A stretch of DNA of 64,000 nucleotides, from NCBI GenBank assembly GCA_947259495.1, contig CAMYLV010000002.1:229698-293697 (forward strand). The letters run 5' to 3'. Both the position numbers and the translations under genes were made by a program. Below, in pieces: positions 40,087-49,659 of the stretch (the stretch's first letter is position 1; each line of letters starts with the position of its first letter). The notes beneath the pieces are model-generated. The model was not told the DNA's origin, did no database searches, and saw nothing but the letters and a program-made list of their open reading frames with translations. The stretch comes from an uncultured Desulfobacterales bacterium. GTDB taxonomy: Bacteria > Desulfobacterota > Desulfobacteria > Desulfobacterales > JAHEIW01.

Positions 40087-41082
40087 ATGTACATCCTCGG
40101 CATCGAAACATCCTGCGACGAAACGGCTGCGGGCGTCGTCCAGGATGGAACTGCTGTTTTATCTTCTAAGATTTCTTCTCAGATCGAAGTCCATCATCGG
40201 TACGGCGGCGTCGTTCCTGAACTGGCCTCTCGAAAACACATCGAAGCCATCGTCCCGGTAGTTGCAGAGGCCGTCAGCGATTCAGGGATTAAAACCCATC
40301 AGATCGACGCCGTGGCCGTAACCCGGGGGCCGGGGCTGGTCGGTGCATTATTGGTGGGCTTCTCATTTGCCAAAGCTTTTGCCTATTCCCTGGGTATTCC
40401 GTTGATCGGGGTAAATCATCTGGAAGGTCATATCAACTCGGTATTCCTGGAACCCCAGGCACCGCCATTTCCCTTTGTCGCGTTACTGGTATCCGGCGGG
40501 CATACCGGCATCTATTATGTAACATCCCACACGGCAGTTGAATTGATGGGACAAACGCGCGATGACGCTGCCGGGGAAGCATTTGATAAGGTCGCCAAGT
40601 TGCTCGGCTTGGGTTACCCAGGCGGTGGGGTCATTGATCGGCTTTCAAAAGAAGGCAACCCGAAAAAGATTGTCTTTACGCGTCCGTATCTGGATAAATC
40701 CGATTTTGATTTTAGTTTCAGCGGGATCAAGACAGCGGTTCGTCATTATGTTGACAAACATCCATCAGTTTTTAAATCCCGGATCGCAGACATAGCGGCC
40801 GGCTTTCAGGCAGCGGTGGTGGAGGTGCTGGCCTACAAGTTAATCAATGCGGCATTAAAAAAGGAATGTGGACATATTGCGGTCGTTGGTGGGGTGGCTG
40901 CCAACAGCAATTTAAGGGACAGAGTTCGCCATGATGCCGAACGCAAAGGCCTGAAAGTTTACATTCCTTCCGTTAAGCTGTGCGGCGATAATGCCGCCAT
41001 GATTGCCGCAGCGGGCTTCCACTACTTAAATGCCGGAATGCAGACCGGGTTGGATGATGATGTCTTCAGCCGCGCAAAATAA
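40087..41082 (+). CDS. tsaD: tRNA N6-adenosine threonylcarbamoyltransferase
   Basis: LGIETSCDET, GGVVPELASRKH, HLEGH, VSGGHT, DDAAGEAFDK, DNAAMIA. Confidence 0.97.
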   Translation: MYILGIETSCDETAAGVVQDGTAVLSSKISSQIEVHHRYGGVVPELASRKHIEAIVPVVAEAVSDSGIKTHQIDAVAVTRGPGLVGALLVGFSFAKAFAYSLGIPLIGVNHLEGHINSVFLEPQAPPFPFVALLVSGGHTGIYYVTSHTAVELMGQTRDDAAGEAFDKVAKLLGLGYPGGGVIDRLSKEGNPKKIVFTRPYLDKSDFDFSFSGIKTAVRHYVDKHPSVFKSRIADIAAGFQAAVVEVLAYKLINAALKKECGHIAVVGGVAANSNLRDRVRHDAERKGLKVYIPSVKLCGDNAAMIAAAGFHYLNAGMQTGLDDDVFSRAK

Positions 41083-41097
41083 AAAAAATAAATATTT

Positions 41098-42102
41098 TTA
41101 AATTCCCAGATACTTTTCCTTGAGTGCCATAATTCTCTTCACCGATGCGATGCCCATTGCTTTGATTTCCTGAGAACGACTCAAGCCATCGACAATTTCT
41201 TGATAGGCAATCGCGATGTTGGGGCCTTTGTGGCAAACCAGGGCCAGGTCAATGCCGGCCTGGAGGATTTGCCGGATAGCGGTTTTTATATCATAATGCT
41301 TGTTAATGGCGCCCATGTCCAGGTCATCTGTCATCGAAATTCCTGAAAACCGCATGCGTTCCCGCAACAGGTTTTGGGCAATTTGTTTTGACAGGCTGGC
41401 CGGCCACTGTGGATCAATTTTTGGATAGATCACGTGGGATAGCATGATACCGGCAACTTCCTGCGCAATGCTATCGGCAAAGGGTATCAGATCGCAGGAT
41501 TTTAGTTCGGTTAGGCCATGTTCGCAGGAGGGGAGGTCGACGTGGGAATCGGCAACGGTGCGGCCGATGCCGGGAAAGTGTTTCGCCACGGCCATTATAT
41601 GATGCAGCTGCAAATGTGAAATGACCGTCAGGCCCAGTTTAGAAACCCATTTGGGGTCATGGCCAAAGGCTCTTGCGGCCATGATACTGTTGATTTCCCG
41701 GGGAGCGACGTCCATAACGGGGGCCAGGTTCATGTTAATACCCGCCCGGGTGAATTCAGCCGCTGTCGTTTCGGCGAAAAGAATGGCATCTTTGACATCC
41801 TTCATGGCCGGATTTCCCGGAAACTGCGAAAATGGTTCTTTAAGTCTGGCGACCTGGCCGCCCTCCTGGTCGATGGCGATGATCAGTGCTGGCTGTGCGG
41901 TAATGCGGGCATATTCCTGAACCGCCTCACACAGTTTTTTTACCTGAGCGGGGGTTTCGGTATTTTGCGAGAAAAGGATAATCCCGCCAACCTTAAGGTC
42001 TCGAATGAGAAATTTTAAGTCCTGATTAAACTGCTTGCCTTCAAAACCGACCATCAGGCGTTGACCGGCCAGTTGCTCTACGGATAGGTTTTCCGGATTC
42101 AT
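41098..42102 (-). CDS. nagZ: Beta-N-acetylhexosaminidase (GH3)
   Basis: IDQEGGQVARL, APVMD, KHFPGIG..DSH, TDDLDM. Confidence 0.9.
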   Translation of the reverse strand: MNPENLSVEQLAGQRLMVGFEGKQFNQDLKFLIRDLKVGGIILFSQNTETPAQVKKLCEAVQEYARITAQPALIIAIDQEGGQVARLKEPFSQFPGNPAMKDVKDAILFAETTAAEFTRAGINMNLAPVMDVAPREINSIMAARAFGHDPKWVSKLGLTVISHLQLHHIMAVAKHFPGIGRTVADSHVDLPSCEHGLTELKSCDLIPFADSIAQEVAGIMLSHVIYPKIDPQWPASLSKQIAQNLLRERMRFSGISMTDDLDMGAINKHYDIKTAIRQILQAGIDLALVCHKGPNIAIAYQEIVDGLSRSQEIKAMGIASVKRIMALKEKYLGI

Positions 42103-42143
42103 GCGGTCTTCTTTTCAAAGGTTAGGGAAAAATTTTAAATGAT

Positions 42144-42240
42144 ATTGGAGTATTAAACGGAAAAAGGGCGTAACCAACTCGTAGTTTCAATTTGCTTTAT
42201 TTTACATTACACCATTGCTCCACCACTCCAATACTCCAGC
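42144..42240. repeat. Second TGGAGTAT / ATACTCCA 8-nt repeat array
   Basis: TATTGGAGTATT ... ACATTACACCATTGCTCCACCACTCCAATACTCCAGC; same unit and 3' end as 8669-8705. Confidence 0.7.
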
Positions 42241-42354
42241 GAATGGAGATCGTCAACCGTTGCTTTAATTATAGCATAATTGTACAGATCGGATATGATA
42301 TCTTCTGATGACATGACCGACTCTGGTCAGATAAATTGTTTTTGGGGTTGAATA

Positions 42355-44355
42355 CTAGTTCGACTGCATCGCCGGCAAAGAGAATTTTGCATCCGGGTTT
42401 TCGTGTGCAAGTTTGAGAATATTTTCAATAAGTTCATCGGCTTGAGGCTTACTTAGCGGTTTTGAAAACAGATAGCCCTGCCCAAATTGACAATTCATTT
42501 CCAGCAAAATGGCAAATTGCTCCTCGGTCTCCACCCCCTCGGCCACCACCATCATTTTCAGTCGATGGGCCAGCGAAATAATCGCTTCGACAATATTGCG
42601 ATTACCATCCGGATCAGATTGGATTCTTGAGACAAAACTGCGATCGACCTTCAGGGTGTCGATGGGTAAGCGTTGAAGATAACTCAAGGAAGAGTATCCG
42701 GTTCCAAAATCATCAATTACCAGCTGTAAACCCAGTTCCTTTAATCTGTGAACCAGCCGAATGGTTTCATCAGCATCTTCCATGAGGGCGGTTTCGGTGA
42801 TTTCCAATTTGAGCTGCTGGGGCGGCATACCGGTTTGGTTAAGAATCTCTTTGATATCATCCAGCAGGGTGGGGGACAGAAAATGCTTGCTGGATAGATT
42901 GATGTTCATTGTGAGTTTGAGTTCATCTTTGAGCTGGTCTTGCCAGTGACACAGATCTTCACAGGCCCGCCGGGCAATCAACTGCGTGATGGGGATAATC
43001 AAACCGGTTTCTTCAGCGATTGAAATGAATGAGCCCGGATAAATAAGGCCCAGCTGGGGATGGTTCCAGCGGATGAGCGCCTCGAAGCCCACAAGGGATG
43101 CGGTCTGCAAATCCACTATGGGCTGGTAATGATTTTCAAATTCATTTCTATGGACGGCTTTGCGTAAATCCGTTTCTCTTTCCAACAGGTGCAATGCTTT
43201 TTTGTGCAGCGTTTTATCGAAAATTTTGTATTGGGCTTTACCGTTTTCTTTGGCGTGGTACATTGCTGCGTCGGCATCCCGGATGATATCCTCCGGATCT
43301 TCATAGTCCCGGGTATTTAATACCACCCCAAAACTGGCCGGGGCAAAGACCTCTTTACCTTCAATCATAAAAGGACGTTTGAGTTCCTGCTGCAGTCGAT
43401 CGGCCACGCCGCTGGCATATTCGCTATTTTCGATATCCTCAAGCAGGATGACAAATTCATCACCCCCAAAGCGTGCCAGAATATCGAGTTCTCTGAGAGA
43501 GTCCTGTATCCGATTGGCAAAAGCTCCGATGAGTCGATCACCCACGCTATGGCCGAGGCTGTCATTTACCAGTTTGAAGCGGTCGATATCCAGATATAGA
43601 ACCGCAAAGTAATAATCATCCCGGCGCTTGGCACGCTTGAGCGCCATGTTTAAGTGTTCCATAAAAAGAGCGCGATTGGGCAAACTCGTGAGCGTGTCAT
43701 GAAATGCCTGATGGTAGATTTGACGCTCTGCCTGCTTTAGCTCCGTGATGTCGGCCAGGGAAACAACACCTTTTTCCGAGCCCGGGATGGCGGCCAGGGC
43801 GCACAACATATTTTTATGATTACCGTTTTTATCGATTAAGGTGCATTCGAAATGGGGCGCGATTTGGTTGTATTCCGAATGCTCCGGCACAAATTCGTCA
43901 TTTTGTATTTTGCGTTGCGTTTTCTCATCCATGAAGTGCAGCCAGGATTTTATATTTTCAATTTCATTTTTTTCAAATCCGGCTATATTTGCAAACTCTG
44001 AATTTGCCAGAGAGATGGTTGTATCGCTTTCAACAATGATGGTTGCCGTGCCGGTATTTTCAAAAATCGTTCGATATTTCATCTCAGATTCGCGCAGCTC
44101 GGCGGTACGCTCCTTGACCTTAATTTCTAAAGTTTCATTGGCTTCGCGCAGCGCTTCTTTTGATCGATTAATATTGTTGACCAGCAACTGCGTACATAGA
44201 CTAATTAGCAGAATGATGCCGGCCGTAATAATTATGGCCAGCGTTTCACTGGCTAAAATGGTCTTTTCAAAATAATAATAGAACAGTGCAACACCTGCCC
44301 CGATAATAAGCAGACCCATATTATCCAGGTTGAGAAAGCGCTTTTTTTTGTTCAT
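42355..44355 (-). CDS. Membrane-anchored PAS-GGDEF-EAL c-di-GMP enzyme
   Basis: Two N-terminal TM helices, PAS, HDTLTSLPNR, RELD I-site, FGGDEF, FEALIRW, DDFGTGYSS, EGVE, GQGYLF. Confidence 0.93.
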   Translation of the reverse strand: MNKKKRFLNLDNMGLLIIGAGVALFYYYFEKTILASETLAIIITAGIILLISLCTQLLVNNINRSKEALREANETLEIKVKERTAELRESEMKYRTIFENTGTATIIVESDTTISLANSEFANIAGFEKNEIENIKSWLHFMDEKTQRKIQNDEFVPEHSEYNQIAPHFECTLIDKNGNHKNMLCALAAIPGSEKGVVSLADITELKQAERQIYHQAFHDTLTSLPNRALFMEHLNMALKRAKRRDDYYFAVLYLDIDRFKLVNDSLGHSVGDRLIGAFANRIQDSLRELDILARFGGDEFVILLEDIENSEYASGVADRLQQELKRPFMIEGKEVFAPASFGVVLNTRDYEDPEDIIRDADAAMYHAKENGKAQYKIFDKTLHKKALHLLERETDLRKAVHRNEFENHYQPIVDLQTASLVGFEALIRWNHPQLGLIYPGSFISIAEETGLIIPITQLIARRACEDLCHWQDQLKDELKLTMNINLSSKHFLSPTLLDDIKEILNQTGMPPQQLKLEITETALMEDADETIRLVHRLKELGLQLVIDDFGTGYSSLSYLQRLPIDTLKVDRSFVSRIQSDPDGNRNIVEAIISLAHRLKMMVVAEGVETEEQFAILLEMNCQFGQGYLFSKPLSKPQADELIENILKLAHENPDAKFSLPAMQSN

Positions 44356-44793
44356 TCCCCGCCTCTTAATGCGATAACATTCTGTAATTGTTTAGATTAA
44401 AGACCCATGAGGGGGACATTTGATCGTTTGATCGCCGTTATTGACCGCCACGCCACATCCAGAGACATACTCGATATATATCGGCCATTTGGGGGAAAAA
44501 CTTAAGATGCAATCAGGCGGTTGTATATTGACCATATTATAAATTTGAAAGTTGATCCGGCTGTCGGCAACGCGCCAAAAGGATGCGCAACGACGCCGTG
44601 CGCGTCGCAGGCGACTGAATGATAGGGTTTTTTCAGTTCAACGGTCGAATGGTTTCCAGAGATGGTGCAAATGACATACGCTGGCCGGCGATTGCAATCG
44701 CGCGGGCGTATTTTAGGGGATGTGTTATTGTCGGGCAAAAGCTGTTTTGAACCACACCGGTTTTTCTACCGATCACCGGTTGGCCGCAGGCGT

Positions 44794-45030
44794 CTATCCC
44801 TTGCGTGACGCATAGCAGCGACTCTCAATGTAGGTTGCCGTGGCCGCATCAAATGTGGCTTCATTTTCATGAATGTACTTTGGCGCACCTTCCCATGCGC
44901 CGCAGGCCAGTACGACCGGTTCACCTAATGTAAACTTTCGCCCGCAGGCCGGGCATCCTTCATCATTGAGGCGGTTGAGTGTCTCAAGGTCAATGATGGT
45001 CTTTAATCGATTTTTGTCAGCTTGTACCAT
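44794..45030 (-). CDS. Small hypothetical protein with CPAC motif (78 aa)
   Basis: ATG at 45030 after AGGAGG; GCPACGRKF...CG.W...H...C. Confidence 0.7.
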   Translation of the reverse strand: MVQADKNRLKTIIDLETLNRLNDEGCPACGRKFTLGEPVVLACGAWEGAPKYIHENEATFDAATATYIESRCYASRKG

Positions 45031-45129
45031 ATAATCCTCCTTAAAGCTTCCGATCGAATCTAATCGGCGGGTTATCATAAGGTAATATAAGCTAGCTTCT
45101 GGTGGTCTAAATGTCAAGCCGATCGATTA

Positions 45130-46134
45130 TCAGCGACGCAGCTGATATTTTTGGACAGCGCGATTATGGTCCTTTAAATTTGTGGAGAACTGATGCGTGT
45201 GGTCTTTTTTAGAGACAAAGTAGATGAATTTTGTGTCAGCCGGATAAAGGGCAGCTTCCAATGATTTTTTACCGGGGTTGGCGATGGGACCCGCCGGCAG
45301 GCCGCTGCTTTTGTAAGTATTATAAGGCGTGGGAGTTTGAAGGTGCTTGCGCGTCAGATTACCGTCAAAGTTCTTTAATCCGTAAATTACCGTTGGATCT
45401 GATTCCAGGCGCATTTTCTTGTTTAAGCGGTTATGAAATACCGACGAAATCAACGGCCGCTCGAAAGGCGCACCGGTTTCTTTCTCGATGATCGATGCCA
45501 GAATGACGATTTGATGGTTCGAAAACCCGAGCTGTTTGGCTCTTTGTTGCCAGGTCGAATTAAATATCTGCCGAAAGCGGTTGACCAGGGTTGAGATGAT
45601 CGTCTCGAGGGGCATATTTTTCGGGAAAAAGTAGGTTTCCGGAAACAGGTACCCCTCGAGAGTTTCGGCATCCAGACCCAGTTGGTGCGCAAGATCGGCG
45701 TTGGTCGCTGCTGCTATAAAGCTGTTTTTGGGGGCCAATCCAGCCTCATCCACCAGATCGGCGATCTGGTAGAGGTTGAGCCCTTCAGGGACAGTAAGCT
45801 TGTATAGCTTGACTTTTCCGTTAACCATTTTCTGCAGGATCTTTAGCGGAGACATGGATGCGGACAGCGCATACTCGCCGGCCTGCAGCTTTTTGTCATA
45901 TCCTTTAAGACGGGCAATTATTTTGAATTTATACGGATTTTTAATAGTATGGGTTTGGGCAAGCACTTCGGTCGTGACGTTAAACGATTGACCGGCGGGT
46001 ATGGTGATCACCTTATCCGGGGCTTCCCGGCTGGCAGGCGTTTGAGCATAGTGCTGCAAATGGAAGAAAAATGCCGTCAAGCCACCGACAATTAATAATA
46101 TCGCAATGGCTGTTGGGAGCAGGAATTTTTTCAA
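45130..46134 (-). CDS. mltG: Endolytic transglycosylase MltG
   Basis: N-terminal TM, EGYLFPETY, ASIIEKET, NRL...LESDPTVIY, PYNTY..GLP.GPIANPG. Confidence 0.95.
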   Translation of the reverse strand: MKKFLLPTAIAILLIVGGLTAFFFHLQHYAQTPASREAPDKVITIPAGQSFNVTTEVLAQTHTIKNPYKFKIIARLKGYDKKLQAGEYALSASMSPLKILQKMVNGKVKLYKLTVPEGLNLYQIADLVDEAGLAPKNSFIAAATNADLAHQLGLDAETLEGYLFPETYFFPKNMPLETIISTLVNRFRQIFNSTWQQRAKQLGFSNHQIVILASIIEKETGAPFERPLISSVFHNRLNKKMRLESDPTVIYGLKNFDGNLTRKHLQTPTPYNTYKSSGLPAGPIANPGKKSLEAALYPADTKFIYFVSKKDHTHQFSTNLKDHNRAVQKYQLRR

Positions 46135-46515
46135 TATGTTGTTTTCCTCCCGTCTGCCGGATCCACTGGCAGCCCCTCATTGGTTGAAATCAATCGGCGT
46201 TGTGTTCGCGTCATTTCATAAGCATACGAAAAATGCACCGTTGTTGTCAAAGAAGGATACAATTGTTGCCTGAATTTTATGCGACCGTAAAGATGTAAAA
46301 AAGGCAATTAACATGCTAAAATTAAATAATACAAAAAACCAAGGCAGGAGGCAGATCGTCTGTAAAGAGCAATGACTTTTGCACCCAATTGTGATATACC
46401 ATCACTCTGGATATCGTTTTGTTATCGATATCAAATACCGACAGCTTGCCAAGCATGGCAACTCGGTGATACCAACAAACCCTCAGATGCTTTCATCAAA
46501 ATTTCAGGAGTAAAC

Positions 46516-46806
46516 ATGAAATTTTGGCGCCAACCGTTAGATCAGGATCAAATTCAGATTCCGCATGGTATAATCCATATCATTGAAGAGCGGTGCAAAG
46601 GCTGTGGTTTTTGCGTTGAGTTCTGCCCTCGCAATGTTTTGGCCATGTCCAAGCAAACCAATGCCAAAGGGTACCATCCACCTGAGGTGGTTGATGGCGA
46701 AGCATGCTCAGACTGCGGCCTGTGCACGTTGCTTTGTCCGGACTTTGCCATATATGTTGAAAGCAGTGAGGTACCCGCAAATAACAAGAAAGAGGCTTAT
46801 ACATAG
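46516..46806 (+). CDS. 2-oxoacid:ferredoxin oxidoreductase delta subunit (2x[4Fe-4S])
   Basis: CKGCGFCVEFCP and CSDCGLCTLLCPDFAI; ATG at 46516 after AGGAG. Confidence 0.9.
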   Translation: MKFWRQPLDQDQIQIPHGIIHIIEERCKGCGFCVEFCPRNVLAMSKQTNAKGYHPPEVVDGEACSDCGLCTLLCPDFAIYVESSEVPANNKKEAYT

Positions 46807-46811
46807 ATCAA

Positions 46812-48026
46812 ATGCAACCCATGCGTTCACATGAAGGCTTATTAATTGGCGAGCATTTTCTATTAGGAGATTATGCCGCCGCCGAAGGGGCGATCATGGC
46901 TGGATGTCGATTTTTTGCCGGTTATCCCATCACCCCTGCCACTGAGGTCGCCGAACGGATGTCTACGCGACTCCCGCAGGTCGGCGGCATTTACATTCAA
47001 ATGGAAGATGAATTGGCCTCGATGAACGCTATATTGGGCGCATCATGGTCAGGTGCCAAATCCATGACCGCCACCAGTGGGCCCGGATTTTCATTAATGA
47101 TGGAAAATCTTGGATTAGGGATTATGTTGGAAACCCCATGTGTGCTGGTCAATGTACAGCGGGGGGGACCTTCCACCGGATTACCCACCTTAGTGGGTCA
47201 GCAAGATATGATGCAGGCCCGCTGGGGTTCCCACGGCGATTACGAAATCATCGCCTTATCACCCAACTCCCCGCAAGAGCTTTTCGACCTGACCATACGG
47301 GCATTCAATTTAGCTGAGAAATTTCGCATACCTGTTTTGGTCATGACCGACGCTGAAGTGGGTCACATGACCGAAAGGGTCATCATACCTCCACCGGAAG
47401 AAATTGAGCTCATCCAGCGTCCCCTGGTTCGGAAAGGAGATGTGGATCCAGATCATTTTCGAATCTACCGCGATCCGGAGTCCGGCGACGATGGCGATGT
47501 ATCACCCATGGCCATTGCCGGTGAGGGATTTCGTTTCCATGTTACGGGTCTGACTCACGACGAACGCGGATATCCGGCGATGAATGCCGAGGCCAGTGAA
47601 TGGAACATCAAGCGGCTGGTAAAAAAAATTCGCTTGCATCGTGATGAGATCATCCAGTTGGAAGAACGCCACCTGGAGGATGCCGAGATCATCGTTGTAT
47701 CGTACGGTATATCAGCGCGCACGTCATTGTGGCCGATCGAGCAAGCGCAGAAGGAAGGTATTCGGATTGGTTACCTGCGGCTCATCACCGTCTGGCCATT
47801 TCCGGAGGAGCGCATCCGGGCGCTGGCAAAAAATATCCGAGCGTTTGTGGTGCCAGAAATTAACGATGGTCAGATTCTGCGTGAGGTGGAAAGATGTGCG
47901 GCCGGCCAAGCACAAGTAATCGGTGTGAATCGACTGGGGGGCGACATATTGGAACCTCAGCAGGTTCTAAGCGCCCTGCGCGCAGCCGCCGGCAAGCCTG
48001 ATACAGCCGAAGCAGATATGAGCTAA
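46812..48026 (+). CDS. 2-oxoacid:ferredoxin oxidoreductase alpha subunit
   Basis: GYPITPATE, QMEDE, TATSGPGFSLM, VQRGGPSTGLPT. Confidence 0.93.
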   Translation: MQPMRSHEGLLIGEHFLLGDYAAAEGAIMAGCRFFAGYPITPATEVAERMSTRLPQVGGIYIQMEDELASMNAILGASWSGAKSMTATSGPGFSLMMENLGLGIMLETPCVLVNVQRGGPSTGLPTLVGQQDMMQARWGSHGDYEIIALSPNSPQELFDLTIRAFNLAEKFRIPVLVMTDAEVGHMTERVIIPPPEEIELIQRPLVRKGDVDPDHFRIYRDPESGDDGDVSPMAIAGEGFRFHVTGLTHDERGYPAMNAEASEWNIKRLVKKIRLHRDEIIQLEERHLEDAEIIVVSYGISARTSLWPIEQAQKEGIRIGYLRLITVWPFPEERIRALAKNIRAFVVPEINDGQILREVERCAAGQAQVIGVNRLGGDILEPQQVLSALRAAAGKPDTAEADMS

Positions 48027-48051
48027 GCCTTTCAAAAGGGAGATAGGCATT

Positions 48052-49626
48052 ATGGCTGGTCGCGACATAACCGATGAGCGTCAATTCGAACTGTCCGGAA
48101 CCGAATCCTTTGGGGAGAGCGATTGGATTACCGGGCTGCATCCCATGGATGTGCTTTTAAGGGGTGAGCGGTTGCCGCACATCTGGTGTCAGGGCTGCGG
48201 CTTAGGCACTGCGCTGACGACCTTTATCGGCGCCCTCCAATGGCTCGAAAAGAACCAGGGCTGGGATCTGGACAAAGTGTCTGTGGTATCGGGTATCGGC
48301 TGCACCGGTCGTATCGCCGGGTACATTCGCCTGGATTCCTTTCACACCACCCATGGTAGGGCCATTCCGTTTGCAACGGGTCTTAAACTTGCCAATCCCG
48401 AGTTGAAAGTCGTCGTCATCTCCGGTGACGGCGATATCGCCGGCATCGGCGGCAATCATTTCATACATGCCGCCCGGCGGAACCTGGACATTACGGTGAT
48501 TTGCGTAAACAATTTTAACTATGGCATGACCGGCGGTCAGGTGGGGCCGACAACACCGCACGCTGCCAGGGCAGTTACTACCCAATACGGCAATTTTGAA
48601 TATCCGTTTAACCTGCCTTATCTGGCGGCAGCCAGTGGGGCTTCTTTTTTAGCGCGTTGGACAGTCATCCATGCCCGGCGACTGGAGTGGACGCTTCGCG
48701 AGGCCATGATGTACCCCGGATATAGCTTTGTTGAAGTTATCGCCCCGTGTTCCACGTCTTATGCCCGCTGGAATCCCGAAGGTCGCGGACTGGATCCCGA
48801 GAAACTCAGGCGTCGTGGGTTAGAGCTCATGAAACATTATCAAGCGATCGGGAAGGTCGCCCACGGCACACACCCCAAAGATGCGGCCATTAAAGTCAAT
48901 AAGGAGGGCGCAATTATCGAAATCGTCGAAGGTGTTTTCAGTGACGAACCCAAACCGGATTTTCAGACAGCCATCGACGAACAGGTGCAGATTGCCAAGG
49001 GCCGCTGGCAGGCCACACAAAAAGCGCTGAGTGAACGATCTCAAATACCGAAACGGACCGACATTATTCGCCGAACTGAAGTGCAGCTGGGTGGATTTGG
49101 CGGCCAGGGTATTGTGAGTGCCGGTCGGATTATCGGCCAGGCAGCAACGATTTATGACAAGTTGGAGGCCTGCTTTACCCAGAGCTATGGCCCGGAGGCA
49201 AGGGGTGGTGCGGCCGGGTCTCAAGTGGTGATTGCCAGTGATCCGATTCATCATCCGCATCTGATTGAACCCACAAATGCCATCATCATGTCCCAGGAAG
49301 CCTATGCCAAGTACGTTCCCAAGCTGGCTACCGGCGCAACATTGTTAATTGACGATGGGCTGGTAACTTTGCCCGAAGAACGCCGCCAGGATCTGAAAAC
49401 CTATGGGATTCCAGCCACTCAAATTGCTGAGGAATTGGGCAATTCACGGGCGGCCAATACAGTAATGCTGGGGCTTTGGACCGCAATCATCGGAGCCGTC
49501 AGCAAATCGGCCATGCAGCGATCTGTGGCTGATGCCGTGCCCCCCAAGACCGTAGAGGTCAATTTGAACGCTTTTGAGGCCGGTTTCAATAAAGGCTTGC
49601 ACGACCAAGGCAGCAACGCGGTATAG
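48052..49626 (+). CDS. 2-oxoacid:ferredoxin oxidoreductase, fused beta-gamma subunit
   Basis: Beta: WCQGCG, SGIGC, HTTHGRA, GDGD, NFNYGMTGGQ. Then gamma: GGFGGQG, QSYGPEARGG, NTVMLG. Confidence 0.9.
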   Translation: MAGRDITDERQFELSGTESFGESDWITGLHPMDVLLRGERLPHIWCQGCGLGTALTTFIGALQWLEKNQGWDLDKVSVVSGIGCTGRIAGYIRLDSFHTTHGRAIPFATGLKLANPELKVVVISGDGDIAGIGGNHFIHAARRNLDITVICVNNFNYGMTGGQVGPTTPHAARAVTTQYGNFEYPFNLPYLAAASGASFLARWTVIHARRLEWTLREAMMYPGYSFVEVIAPCSTSYARWNPEGRGLDPEKLRRRGLELMKHYQAIGKVAHGTHPKDAAIKVNKEGAIIEIVEGVFSDEPKPDFQTAIDEQVQIAKGRWQATQKALSERSQIPKRTDIIRRTEVQLGGFGGQGIVSAGRIIGQAATIYDKLEACFTQSYGPEARGGAAGSQVVIASDPIHHPHLIEPTNAIIMSQEAYAKYVPKLATGATLLIDDGLVTLPEERRQDLKTYGIPATQIAEELGNSRAANTVMLGLWTAIIGAVSKSAMQRSVADAVPPKTVEVNLNAFEAGFNKGLHDQGSNAV

Positions 49627-49659
49627 GTCCGGAAGCCATGACTAAGGAGGAAAGCTTCT

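Noticed and set aside
44400-44790. c-di-GMP riboswitch or small gene upstream of the GGDEF-EAL gene
   Set aside because: No GEMM consensus recognisable, and ORF 44502..44738 has no RBS or motif support
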